The position numbers and the translations under genes were made by a program. A model generated the notes under the pieces. The model had not been told where the DNA came from, searched no databases, and was given only the letters and a program-made list of their open reading frames with translations. A DNA stretch of 64,000 nucleotides from an uncultured bacterium (GTDB lineage: Bacteria > UBP6 > UBA1177): the NCBI GenBank assembly GCA_905235605.1, contig CAJOMF010000001.1, forward strand, positions 6,967 through 70,966. Reading direction: 5' to 3'. Within the stretch, counting starts at the first letter, position 1, and each line of letters begins with the position of its first letter. Below, in pieces: positions 36,988-46,116 of this stretch.

Positions 36988-37575
36988 CTACTCCACGGAA
37001 TAGCTTACAAGTTCGGTCGTCGTCTGCGGGATCACCTTGTTTTCACGGACATCTTCGAGGACCGTGACGATCTTTACGATCCCGACTTTGAGCGCGAAGT
37101 AGTGGTATGAGTGGAGCACTTTTTTGTCCGGAAGTTCTACGGTCGAGTGAACTTTTACCGTGCCTTTAAAAGTACCTGCCGGAACCGTAACTGTTTCGTC
37201 AACGCCTTCGGTTTTTCTGATTTCGCGCATTTTCTGCTTGATTATCGTGATCCAGGACTCTCTCTGGAGCGGGAACATCAGAAGATAACGTTCTGCGTCT
37301 CTGATCCCGTGCCTGTCGGTTTTGAGCCTGCCGCCTTTGTTGTCGAGGAACCACTCTCCGTCGGTGCCGACGATGCTGATTTCCTGCTCGCCGCTCTGAC
37401 CGAAGTAGTTGACCTTGTATTTCCAGCTGTTGCCGACTGCGAGCGGAAGAAAGCGGTCTGCCGATTCCTTGTAGTCCGAAAGGTAGTATTTTTCATCTTT
37501 CTTTTTGTCGGCGCTGCCGCATGAAACCATGAAAGCCGTGACGAAAACCAATAAAACCAGAAGTGTTTTTTTCAT
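36988..37575 (-). CDS. Hypothetical lipoprotein
   Basis: ATG 37575, lipobox MVSC; PLAVGNSWKY, VTVPAGTF, YFALKVGIVK (DUF3108-like). Confidence 0.8.
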   Translation of the reverse strand: MKKTLLVLLVFVTAFMVSCGSADKKKDEKYYLSDYKESADRFLPLAVGNSWKYKVNYFGQSGEQEISIVGTDGEWFLDNKGGRLKTDRHGIRDAERYLLMFPLQRESWITIIKQKMREIRKTEGVDETVTVPAGTFKGTVKVHSTVELPDKKVLHSYHYFALKVGIVKIVTVLEDVRENKVIPQTTTELVSYSVE

Positions 37576-37675
37576 AATGATCCTCATTTTTTAAATGCCT
37601 CAAAAATGCCGCAGGATTATAATGATTTATTTGGAAAGGGCAAAAGAATCTTAGAAATTTATATTTGCTCTTTAT

Positions 37676-37703
37676 TTGACTTAAAAACTGCCGCAAATAA
37701 ACT
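37676..37703 (+). promoter_or_regulatory. Sigma70-like promoter of the aminopeptidase (TTGACT-16-TAAACT)
   Basis: Hexamers upstream of ATG 37742. Confidence 0.55.
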
Positions 37704-37741
37704 TTTGCGTTTTTTGTTTTTATTCAACTTTGGAGGGAAAA

Positions 37742-38863
37742 ATGAAAGATCCGAGAATCGCAAAGGTCGCGAAAAATCTTATCCGTTACAGCACTCATGT
37801 TCAACCCGGCGAAAACGTTCTGATCGAGCTCAGAGACCACTGGCCGCTTCCGCTTGTCCACGCTCTGATCGAAGAGGTCAAAGCTGCGGGCGGTAGAGCA
37901 TTTGTCAACTACACAGACTATCAGCTTCAGAGAAAGCTCCTTCTCAATGCTGACGACGAATGGTTCGACACGATGTGCGAAGTCGACCTTCTCCGCATGA
38001 AAAAAATGCAGGCTTACATATCGGTCAACGGCAGAAACAACAGCTACGAACTTTCTGACGTTCCGGCTGATATCCAGAAGAAAAACGGCGAAAAATACCT
38101 CATTCCGGTCCACTTCAAACAGAGAGTAAACCACACGAAGTGGTGCATCCTTGCATACCCGAACCCCTCTTATGCACAGGCTTCGTCAATGAGTACCGAG
38201 GCTTTCGAGGACTTCTATTTCGATGTCTGCTCGCTCGACTACGCAAAGATGGACAAGGCTATGGATCCGCTCAAGGCCCTGATGGACAAGACTGACAAAG
38301 TCCGTCTGCTCGGCCCGGGAAGAACAGACCTCACCTTCTCGATCAAAGGGCTTCCAGGCATCAAATGCTCCGGTCAGTGCAACATTCCGGACGGTGAAGT
38401 TTATTCGGCTCCGGTAAAGGATTCTGTAAACGGCGTCATTGAATACAACACTCCGACAGTTTACCAGGGCTCGAAGTTCGATAAAGTCATCCTCACTTTC
38501 AAAGACGGTAAAATCGTTAAAGTCGAAGGCTCTGATGTCGAGAAACTCGAGAAGATATTCAACACCGACGAAGGTGCAAGGTATGTCGGTGAGTTCGCTA
38601 TCGGCGTCAATCCGTATGTTACAAGGCCGATGGTCGATATTCTTTTCGACGAAAAGATCTGCGGATCGATCCACTTCACTCCGGGCGAATGCTATGAAGA
38701 CTGTGACAACGGCAACCAGTCGGCGATCCACTGGGATCTCGTCATGATCCAGACTCCGGAATACGGCGGCGGCGAGATCTACTTCGACGACGTTCTCATC
38801 AGAAAGGACGGCCGCTTCGTTCTGCCCGAACTCGAGGGTCTTAACCCCGAAAACCTCAAATAG
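37742..38863 (+). CDS. Aminopeptidase, M29 (AmpS/PepS) family
   Basis: MKDPRI, NIPDGEVY, YVGEFAIG, LFDEKI.GSIHFTPG..Y, SAIHWDLV. Confidence 0.92.
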   Translation: MKDPRIAKVAKNLIRYSTHVQPGENVLIELRDHWPLPLVHALIEEVKAAGGRAFVNYTDYQLQRKLLLNADDEWFDTMCEVDLLRMKKMQAYISVNGRNNSYELSDVPADIQKKNGEKYLIPVHFKQRVNHTKWCILAYPNPSYAQASSMSTEAFEDFYFDVCSLDYAKMDKAMDPLKALMDKTDKVRLLGPGRTDLTFSIKGLPGIKCSGQCNIPDGEVYSAPVKDSVNGVIEYNTPTVYQGSKFDKVILTFKDGKIVKVEGSDVEKLEKIFNTDEGARYVGEFAIGVNPYVTRPMVDILFDEKICGSIHFTPGECYEDCDNGNQSAIHWDLVMIQTPEYGGGEIYFDDVLIRKDGRFVLPELEGLNPENLK

Positions 38864-38869
38864 TTTTTT

Positions 38870-38927
38870 GCCGCCGCCGGGATCCCGTGATTCCGTAATC
38901 CCGAGATTCCGGTATAAATACGGCGGC
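38870..38927. repeat. GC-rich octamer-array element (copy C) with terminal inverted repeats
   Basis: GCCGCCG ... gatcccgt gattccgt aatcccga gattccgg ... CGGCGGC, 7 nt after a stop. Confidence 0.85.
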
Positions 38928-39007
38928 TAATAAAAAAATTGATAAAATTTATTCTTGTTGTTATAAAGCAGCGGTTTTTTGTTTTTAATATTTTTTTGGA
39001 GTCAGAA

Positions 39008-40618
39008 ATGAAAAAATTTTTCGTGCTTATGATTTGCCTGCTTTCCATTGTTGCATGCGGAAACAGTCACGACGTGATGATGCAGAAAATGGAAGAGGCT
39101 GCTGAAAGAAACAAAGCCTATAAAGAGGCTGAAGAGGCAAAAAAGAAAGAAAAACCGAAATTCGTAGACGATGAAATCAAAGAAGAGCTTCCGGCGATCG
39201 TAGATGCTGCCGCAAAAGGCGATTTATCAAAAGTAAAGGCTGAGATCGGTAAGGGAACTCTCGTCGATACCAAGGACGGACGCGGCAGAACTCCGCTTTA
39301 TATGGCTGCTGCTGAAGGCAAAAAAGATGTCGCCCTTTACCTCATCGAAGAGGGTGCAAACGTCAACACGAAGCGCGATGACGGAGATACTCCTCTCATG
39401 GCAGCTGCAAGAAAAGGCAGTCTTGAAGTTGTTTCTGCGCTTGTCGACGCAAAAGCAGACCTTGCACAGGCAGACAACTTCGGCAGGACTCCGCTCATGA
39501 TGGCGGCTTCCAGCGGTTCTAAGGAACTCGTCGACTATATGCTTTCAAAAGGTGCTGACCTCAATGCGACCGACAAATACGAGCTTTCGGCTCTTATTTT
39601 CGCGATGAAGGCTCACAAAATGGATCTTGCGAAATATCTCCTCAGCAAAGGTGCAAAAGTATGGAAAGCGAAACCCCTCGTAATCAAGGAAAAGCCCCTC
39701 GTTCTCAAGATCGAAGGAAAGGTTCAGCCGGGAATGGAAGAAATCATCGAAAATCTCGATAAAAAAGATGTTCATCTCCGCCAGAAAACCGAGCTTTTCT
39801 ACGCTGTCGAAACCGGTGATCTCGACCTTGTAAAACTTCTTGTCCAGAAAGGATCTCCTGTTCTTGTTGACGATGTCGAACAGAGCCGTGAAACGATAAT
39901 TTATGAATTCGGTCAGGGCAAGGAAGAAGAGCGCGATATGCTTTTCCAGAGAAAAATCACGAGAACTTCATACGACCGCGACCAGAAAAACCTTCTTCAC
40001 TACGCTGCTGAAGGCGGATATGTCGAAATCATGAAGTTCCTCATTTCCAAAGGCGCAAGACTTGAAGAGACCGACGGTGAGAACGTCCGCGGCCCGCTCT
40101 TCTATGTCGTAGCTCAGGAACTTGACCCGAAGGATCCGGGCAAAGAGGCGAGACTTGTCGCAACTGCCGACTACATCATCGAAGAGGGCAAAAAGACCTG
40201 GACGAAGAGAGTCAGACTCACCAAAAAAGAACTCGACAAGATGAGAGATAAGGAAAAATCGAAAAACTGGTGGGAAAAGAACCCGTTCGACACCGAATGG
40301 AAAGACGTCACCGCTCAGAAAGTAGACATCGAGGAATACGACTACGAAGGCTGGCACGTTCTTGCTCTTGCAGCAAAATACGGCCACACCGATATCGTAA
40401 AACTTCTCATCAACAAAGGGGCGAACATCAACCACAAAGAGAGAAAAATGGGAAACACCGCACTTATTTACTCGAGAGTCGGCAAATTCAAAGAAATGGA
40501 ACAGTTCCTGCTTGCACACTGCGCAAAAGAAGGCATCAACTTCGACCACGAAGAACTTGCAAAACAGGGCTGGAAATGCGTTGACGGCAAGGAAGTCTTC
40601 GAAAAACCGGCTGAATAA
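39008..40618 (+). CDS. Ankyrin-repeat lipoprotein
   Basis: Lipobox IVAC; multiple GRTPLxxAA..G...V..LL..GA repeats. Confidence 0.9.
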   Translation: MKKFFVLMICLLSIVACGNSHDVMMQKMEEAAERNKAYKEAEEAKKKEKPKFVDDEIKEELPAIVDAAAKGDLSKVKAEIGKGTLVDTKDGRGRTPLYMAAAEGKKDVALYLIEEGANVNTKRDDGDTPLMAAARKGSLEVVSALVDAKADLAQADNFGRTPLMMAASSGSKELVDYMLSKGADLNATDKYELSALIFAMKAHKMDLAKYLLSKGAKVWKAKPLVIKEKPLVLKIEGKVQPGMEEIIENLDKKDVHLRQKTELFYAVETGDLDLVKLLVQKGSPVLVDDVEQSRETIIYEFGQGKEEERDMLFQRKITRTSYDRDQKNLLHYAAEGGYVEIMKFLISKGARLEETDGENVRGPLFYVVAQELDPKDPGKEARLVATADYIIEEGKKTWTKRVRLTKKELDKMRDKEKSKNWWEKNPFDTEWKDVTAQKVDIEEYDYEGWHVLALAAKYGHTDIVKLLINKGANINHKERKMGNTALIYSRVGKFKEMEQFLLAHCAKEGINFDHEELAKQGWKCVDGKEVFEKPAE

Positions 40619-40661
40619 TTCTTAAAACTCTTATTTTTTTCTCAATAAACCGAGGTGTTCA

Positions 40662-41693
40662 ATGAAAAAGATCTTTTTGATTCTTTTTGCGCTTCTTTTG
40701 ATCGCTGCCTGCGGAGACGATCCTGAAATCAAATCTGTTGCGGTGCAGGGAACTGCGGGAGGAGAGTGTTATCCGAACAAGACTTGCAACGACAGTCTGG
40801 TTTGCTCGGAAAACAATATTTGTGTTAAAAACGGTGATAATGACATCACAGACTCCGGTGAGATTTCAGAACCGGACAGTGACAGTACAGATTCCGCAGA
40901 TTCCTCAGATTCCTCAGATCCGACTGACGACAATGACGGAAAAGATGCTGAATGCGGAAACGGCGTAAAGGAGACCGGCGAAGTCTGCGAAAAGGGCGAG
41001 TATGTACAGTGCTCGACCGTCAATGAACAATATTCCAATTCGAATTTCGCAACCTGCAACGATTTCTGCAACGCCTGGAACACAGATGCCTGTGAAGATT
41101 CCACACAGGGTGGTGTTCAGCCGCTTGCGAGTTTCCCGGCAAGAACTCATGAACTGAAATATCTTTACAACGGTCTGAGTGCTTTTAATGAAATGGCGAA
41201 TCAGGAAGACGAGCTCTGGAAGTCAGCTCTTTTCAACGCTTCGATCTCTATGAGCGGTGCAACCTATTCTATTCCGAATCCTCAGGCCAATGTTCACTGG
41301 ATCGCGGCTTACTACGATTCTTATGCACTCTATTTCTACCAGAGCTCGTACGCATGCGATGACGAAATGAACTGCCAGTACGCGACTCCGGATGTAATGT
41401 TCGGAGCTGCTTTGTCAGCTCTAAAAGCAGGCGAAGAGCTTTCTATCGGTATTTCCGATGAAAATCAGGTCAATATACTTGTAGAAGATGTCATGACTAC
41501 AAATTCGGAACAAGACTGCGTAATGCTTGTAGGATACGGTACTTTGAAAGTCGATTCGGTCAATATTTCTGCCGGAGATAGCGGAAATTTCACGTTCACG
41601 ACTTCAAAAATCGATTTGTATCTGCCGGCTGCAACACCGGAAGGCGATATGACGGCAGAACTTGAAAAAGTGGGGTATACGATATGCAAATAA
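40662..41693 (+). CDS. Cys-rich surface lipoprotein (CGNG repeat)
   Basis: Lipobox IAAC; GGECYPNKTC...C, ECGNGVKETGEVC. Confidence 0.85.
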   Translation: MKKIFLILFALLLIAACGDDPEIKSVAVQGTAGGECYPNKTCNDSLVCSENNICVKNGDNDITDSGEISEPDSDSTDSADSSDSSDPTDDNDGKDAECGNGVKETGEVCEKGEYVQCSTVNEQYSNSNFATCNDFCNAWNTDACEDSTQGGVQPLASFPARTHELKYLYNGLSAFNEMANQEDELWKSALFNASISMSGATYSIPNPQANVHWIAAYYDSYALYFYQSSYACDDEMNCQYATPDVMFGAALSALKAGEELSIGISDENQVNILVEDVMTTNSEQDCVMLVGYGTLKVDSVNISAGDSGNFTFTTSKIDLYLPAATPEGDMTAELEKVGYTICK

Positions 41694-42994
41694 ACATTAA
41701 AACATCAATAATTTCAGCGATTTTTGTTTGTTTATTCTTTGTTGTTTCCTGCGGTGACTCTTCGAAGGAAGAACCGAAGAATGATACCGATAGCGAAACC
41801 ACGGATGACAACGAAATATCCGATGAAGACGGAGCAGGCGATGACGGTGAAACAGCGGATGATACCGAGGCGGAAAGCGGTAGGGCGACTGTTTCTTCGA
41901 TAAAATTCACGATTCCGGAAGAGGCTTCAACTGTAGCCGGTGATTCGGGGCATTTTGCGTTTCCTGACGTGGTAAAACTGGCAAACGGAAAGTTGATGGC
42001 AGTTTACAGAAACGGCAGTACGCATGTTGACAAAAGCGGTTTGATAATCGTTTCGATATCCGATGACGGCATAAACTGGGGCGAACCGGATATTCTTCTG
42101 GATGATCCTGCAATCGATGACCGGGATCCGTCGATCGCCGTTCTTTCAGACGGAAGAGTGGTTATGAACTGGTTCAAATACCGTTATCCGGCTGACTATT
42201 CAGAGCCGTGGGTTCACCACCTGTTTTTCGCAGTTTCAGACAAAAGCGGACTCAATTTCGGGGAACACATTCAGGTCGACGACGGTGTTTTCGACTATTC
42301 TGAAACGGCTGAAATGGATGATTTAGGAATTTGGGTAGATGAAAACGGTGAAGAAATCACTGTTGCAGCATCTTCAAGTTCTGTAATAGAACACGAAGGA
42401 AAGATAATAATCCCGGCTTATTTCGGCAACGCACTCAACTGGCAGTCTATGGCTAAAACTCCGAAGACGAGAGTCGTTCTTTACGAAAGCGCGGACGGCG
42501 GTGCAACCTGGACTCCGAACGAAGTCAAAGCCGAAATCAATGAAAAAACGTGGCTTCAGGAGCCGGCTCTGCTCAAAGTTACCGATAAACGCTGGATTAT
42601 TCAGGCGAGAACAGGTGTCGGTTCAAGCCCGAGCAACAAAGGAGATCTTGTCCAAAGCGTATCAGAGGACGGCGGCAAAACATGGTCGGCTTACAAAAGT
42701 CTCGGTTTCGTGGCACACGCACCGGAGCTGCTGAAACTGGAAAACGGCGTCATTGTCAGCTCTTTCCGCTGGCTCGACTGGGGCACGAACGTAAACAGAG
42801 AAGCCGTTTCGATGGTTTATTCGCTTGACGGAGGCGAAACGTGGTCGGATCTTATTGAAATTCTCGACTGCGGCAAGGCTGAATGCGGCTATCCCGGCAT
42901 GGTCGAACTTCCTGACAACAAAATTCTTATCGTTTACTACACCCCCGGCGGAACAGGGATCGAATCCAAAATCATAACTTTCGAAGCTGAATAA
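41684..42994 (+). CDS. Sialidase-fold (BNR/Asp-box) lipoprotein
   Basis: Lipobox VVSC; Asp-boxes SDDGINW, SADGGATW, SEDGGKTW, SLDGGETW; AFP and GYP motifs. Confidence 0.85.
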   Translation: MQINIKTSIISAIFVCLFFVVSCGDSSKEEPKNDTDSETTDDNEISDEDGAGDDGETADDTEAESGRATVSSIKFTIPEEASTVAGDSGHFAFPDVVKLANGKLMAVYRNGSTHVDKSGLIIVSISDDGINWGEPDILLDDPAIDDRDPSIAVLSDGRVVMNWFKYRYPADYSEPWVHHLFFAVSDKSGLNFGEHIQVDDGVFDYSETAEMDDLGIWVDENGEEITVAASSSSVIEHEGKIIIPAYFGNALNWQSMAKTPKTRVVLYESADGGATWTPNEVKAEINEKTWLQEPALLKVTDKRWIIQARTGVGSSPSNKGDLVQSVSEDGGKTWSAYKSLGFVAHAPELLKLENGVIVSSFRWLDWGTNVNREAVSMVYSLDGGETWSDLIEILDCGKAECGYPGMVELPDNKILIVYYTPGGTGIESKIITFEAE

Positions 42995-43000
42995 TTGTTT

Positions 43001-43059
43001 TGCCGCAGCCTGGATTCAGTAATCGCGAAATCTCGAGATCCAGGTATTTTACGGCGGCA
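43001..43059. repeat. Diverged GC-rich octamer-array element (copy D)
   Basis: TGCCGC..cctg gattcagt aatcgcga aatctcga gatccagg tatttta..GCGGCA; same layout as copy C. Confidence 0.75.
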
Positions 43060-43063
43060 GAAT

Positions 43064-43091
43064 TTGATTTATTTCTTTTTCTAATTATAAT
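43064..43091 (+). promoter_or_regulatory. Sigma70-like promoter (TTGATT-16-TATAAT)
   Basis: Upstream of ATG 43135. Confidence 0.6.
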
Positions 43092-43134
43092 AATTTGCTT
43101 ATGTTTTTTGTAACTTATTTTGACGGAGTTAAAA

Positions 43135-43995
43135 ATGAAAAAAATTTTCCCGGTCATGCTTGTTTGTATGCTCCTTTTTGTTCTTTCCTGCGGCAGCAGC
43201 GATAAAAAGGACGGAAAGACCTCTCTTATCGAAAAGAAGGTCGAAATGATCAAAAACGACAATCAGGGCAAGCCTGTAAAACAGATGGTCGAAATCCTCA
43301 AACTTAAAGGAGAAAATGAGGAATTCGTAAAGAAATCCATCATGAAGATCTATTCGGAAATCACCGGAAAAGTCGCTCCTCATCAGCTTGCACAGTTCAA
43401 GGAATCGCCTAACAGAAACGTTCAGATCCCGGGAAATGTCTCAAGGATCCACATCAAAAGCGACTATGTTTCAAGTGCTAACGTAATGCTTTTCCTTATG
43501 AAAGGTAAAGAGCCGGTCGTTTGGGATGAACTTGAGTTCAACACCGAGAAAAAATATGATTTTGCTCCCGGCAGCTACGATTTCATTATGATCGTCGACA
43601 GACCGGACAACAACAATGTTTATGTTTTCAAGTATGACCGCAGCTTCAAAGGCGGCGAGCTTTACCTCGGCGAATTCAAAATCGTCGGCAAATACAGCAA
43701 TTCCGGCGAATGTGCAGCAGGTTATCTCCGTGACGATGCCGAGACCTGCATAGCTCCTTCGTTCAAGATCTTCGACAACTGCGACGCAGGAACGCACCTT
43801 GTTGAGCACCTCTGCTGCGAAGAAGGATTCAACTTCATCATGGAAGGTCAGTGCTCGAGATACAGCGACACCGTTGAAAACGTTATCTGCCCGGCCGGCT
43901 ATCATGAGGCAGGCAAGGGGAGATGCTGCCCGACCGGTCAGCTCTTCATTGACAACAAATGCCAGGTCCCGCCGAAAGAAGAACCTGCAAAATAG
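43135..43995 (+). CDS. Hypothetical lipoprotein with Cys-rich C-terminus
   Basis: GGAG RBS, lipobox VLSC; CPAGY...CCP motifs. Confidence 0.8.
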   Translation: MKKIFPVMLVCMLLFVLSCGSSDKKDGKTSLIEKKVEMIKNDNQGKPVKQMVEILKLKGENEEFVKKSIMKIYSEITGKVAPHQLAQFKESPNRNVQIPGNVSRIHIKSDYVSSANVMLFLMKGKEPVVWDELEFNTEKKYDFAPGSYDFIMIVDRPDNNNVYVFKYDRSFKGGELYLGEFKIVGKYSNSGECAAGYLRDDAETCIAPSFKIFDNCDAGTHLVEHLCCEEGFNFIMEGQCSRYSDTVENVICPAGYHEAGKGRCCPTGQLFIDNKCQVPPKEEPAK

Positions 43996-44010
43996 TGAAA
44001 TTTCTATCTT

Positions 44011-44349
44011 ATGGATCAAAAACTTCTTCCCGAAATAAAACTTTTCAAAGAGCGGTTTCGCGAATTTCTTGAAAGTGAAGCCGCTGCCTGCGGCAAACTG
44101 CTCGTGCGGGAACTGATCTTCCGTTTTGCGATGGTACAGTTCAGGGATACGCACGGTTTCGAGGCGGGGAAAGTCGAATACATCGCCAAAGTTTTTGACG
44201 AAGCACAGGCTGAATTCGGGAAGATTTTCGAGGAGTTCGCTGTTTTTTGTTTTGACAACGGTTTTGACGGGACTTTTATAAACTCAGAGATGAAGAAATG
44301 GCTGACCGAAATTTCGCAAGAAATGGAACTCGAAAAAGCGGAAAGCTGA
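44011..44349 (+). CDS. Hypothetical protein
   Basis: 112-aa ORF filling the gap, protein-like composition; overlaps the next ORF by 52 nt. Confidence 0.55.
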   Translation: MDQKLLPEIKLFKERFREFLESEAAACGKLLVRELIFRFAMVQFRDTHGFEAGKVEYIAKVFDEAQAEFGKIFEEFAVFCFDNGFDGTFINSEMKKWLTEISQEMELEKAES

Positions 44350-45377
44350 TTATTTTCATCCTGCTCTCCGTTCTTCTCCACGGGCTGATTTTCTTAATAA
44401 AAATTGACCTTTCGACCGATAAAAGTGAAGAGGAAAGTCTCGTTTCGATAAAGTATCTGGACGATTCAGGTGCAAAACTCCCGGCAACTCCGGTTCTGCC
44501 GCCCAAACCTGAAAAAAAGAAAGAGGATAACAAGCCGAAAGGTCAGCTTGTCGATATCGCAAAACCGAAAATCGAGAAAAAGCCTTCCAAAAGTCAGTTT
44601 CTTTCGGAATTTGACAGCTCTGTCGAAAATGAAACCGTTGCATCCGAGCACGACGACAATATCAATGTGCGCGGCGAAAGGCTGAAAAGGCAGCTTGCAA
44701 CAAAGGCTGAAAACGTGAATGTCGAGTCGGACGAAAGCATGATGAGGCCGATGCAGTCTGCTGATTCGCAGAAACCGGAACAGGCTAAGGCCGAAAAAAT
44801 CAAAAAGGGCGAACTCAAAGGGTTTGAAGGCGATGACGGAGATTACGCGGCTGGAAAAGACAAGGAGATCGCCGGAAAACTCGATGCTAATGACGATAAG
44901 GATGAAGAAGGACGCGTGAATGTCGGCGGAAGATGGATCCCGAAGAAACTTCTTCCTTATCTCAACGGTTCAGACGCAGTTCTGATGAGCCCTTCGAACG
45001 ATTTTCTCGAAGATGTCAAAAAGGGGAATGAGACTTATCTCAACACGAGAAAATTCGCCTACGCGGCATATTTCAACAAGATGAAACAGGCGATCTCACG
45101 GAACTGGAGTCCTGGAACTGCGATCATTGTGAATGACCCGACCGGCAGGATGTACGGCAGAAAGGACAGGTTCACGAAACTCCAGGTCTTTATTTCCGAC
45201 AAAGGAAAGCTGGTCAAAGCCAAGGTCATTACGAGCTGCGGAGTCGATTTTCTCGACAGAGAGGCGATAAACGCTTTTAAAATGGCGGCTCCTTTCGCTC
45301 CGCCGCCCGAAGTTCTTCTCAACGAAGACAAACAACTTGAAATACGGTTCGGATTTATGGTGACAACTCATGAATGA
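44298..45377 (+). CDS. TonB/TolA-family energy transducer
   Basis: TM SVLLHG, P/K-rich linker, C-terminal YFNKMKQAI..NW...SCGVDFLDREAINAF..AAPF..PP; start uncertain. Confidence 0.85.
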   Translation: MADRNFARNGTRKSGKLIIFILLSVLLHGLIFLIKIDLSTDKSEEESLVSIKYLDDSGAKLPATPVLPPKPEKKKEDNKPKGQLVDIAKPKIEKKPSKSQFLSEFDSSVENETVASEHDDNINVRGERLKRQLATKAENVNVESDESMMRPMQSADSQKPEQAKAEKIKKGELKGFEGDDGDYAAGKDKEIAGKLDANDDKDEEGRVNVGGRWIPKKLLPYLNGSDAVLMSPSNDFLEDVKKGNETYLNTRKFAYAAYFNKMKQAISRNWSPGTAIIVNDPTGRMYGRKDRFTKLQVFISDKGKLVKAKVITSCGVDFLDREAINAFKMAAPFAPPPEVLLNEDKQLEIRFGFMVTTHE

Positions 45378-46053
45378 TTCAAAAAAAGCGGTCGTCCTTT
45401 TCAGCGGCGGCCTCGATTCAACAACGGTTTTAGTTTATGCGCTGAAACATGGATACGGCGTTTATCCGCTCACTTTTTCCTACGGTCAGAGGCACGCGAT
45501 CGAAATAAAACAGTCGGAAAGAACGCTTGAAAAATACGGGCTTCTGAACCGGCAGACGATATTTTCGATTGACCTCACGCCTTTTGTTAACTGCTCGCTC
45601 ATCAACAAAAATCTTGAAGTTCCCGAATTTGCCGAAAACAGGATCCCTTCGACCTACGTGCCGTCGCGGAACCTGATTTTTCTCTCGGTTGCTTCGGGTT
45701 TCGCCGAAACTTTGGGCGCGGAAAAGATTTTCATCGGCGTCAATTCGGTCGATTACTCGGGCTACCCGGACTGCCGTCCTGAATTTGTCGATGCCTTCAA
45801 CAAAACTATCGCCGTCGGCACGAAGCAGGGTGTCGAGAGCGGAATTGAAGTTGCTGCACCGATCCTCAACATGTCGAAAAAGGAGATAGTTGAGCTCGGA
45901 ATGTCGCTCGGAGTCGATTATTCGCTCACTCACAGCTGCTACAATCCGACTCCCGACGGGTTTTCCTGCGGGGTCTGCGACAGCTGCCGCCTTCGTCTGG
46001 AGGGTTTCAGGCAGGCAGGATTTGCTGATCCGCTCAATTACGTGCACCGATAA
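45370..46053 (+). CDS. queC: 7-cyano-7-deazaguanine synthase
   Basis: VVLFSGGLDSTT, YGQRH, TYVPSRN, YPDCRPEF, CGVCDSC. Confidence 0.95.
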   Translation: MNDSKKAVVLFSGGLDSTTVLVYALKHGYGVYPLTFSYGQRHAIEIKQSERTLEKYGLLNRQTIFSIDLTPFVNCSLINKNLEVPEFAENRIPSTYVPSRNLIFLSVASGFAETLGAEKIFIGVNSVDYSGYPDCRPEFVDAFNKTIAVGTKQGVESGIEVAAPILNMSKKEIVELGMSLGVDYSLTHSCYNPTPDGFSCGVCDSCRLRLEGFRQAGFADPLNYVHR

Positions 46054-46056
46054 AAC

Positions 46057-46084
46057 TTGTTTTTCATCTGATTTTCTTTAAAAT
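46057..46084 (+). promoter_or_regulatory. Possible sigma70-like promoter (TTGTTT-16-TAAAAT)
   Basis: Upstream of ATG 46117. Confidence 0.35.
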
Positions 46085-46116
46085 TTCTGCCGTTTGATCT
46101 TTTTTAGGAGGAAAAA

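Noticed and set aside
38870-43059. Elements C and D as integron attC sites around lipoprotein cassettes
   Set aside because: No RYYYAAC/GTTRRRY core pair and no integrase; the genes have their own promoters.
45300-45370. preQ1 riboswitch upstream of queC
   Set aside because: There is no leader; queC overlaps the upstream coding sequence.
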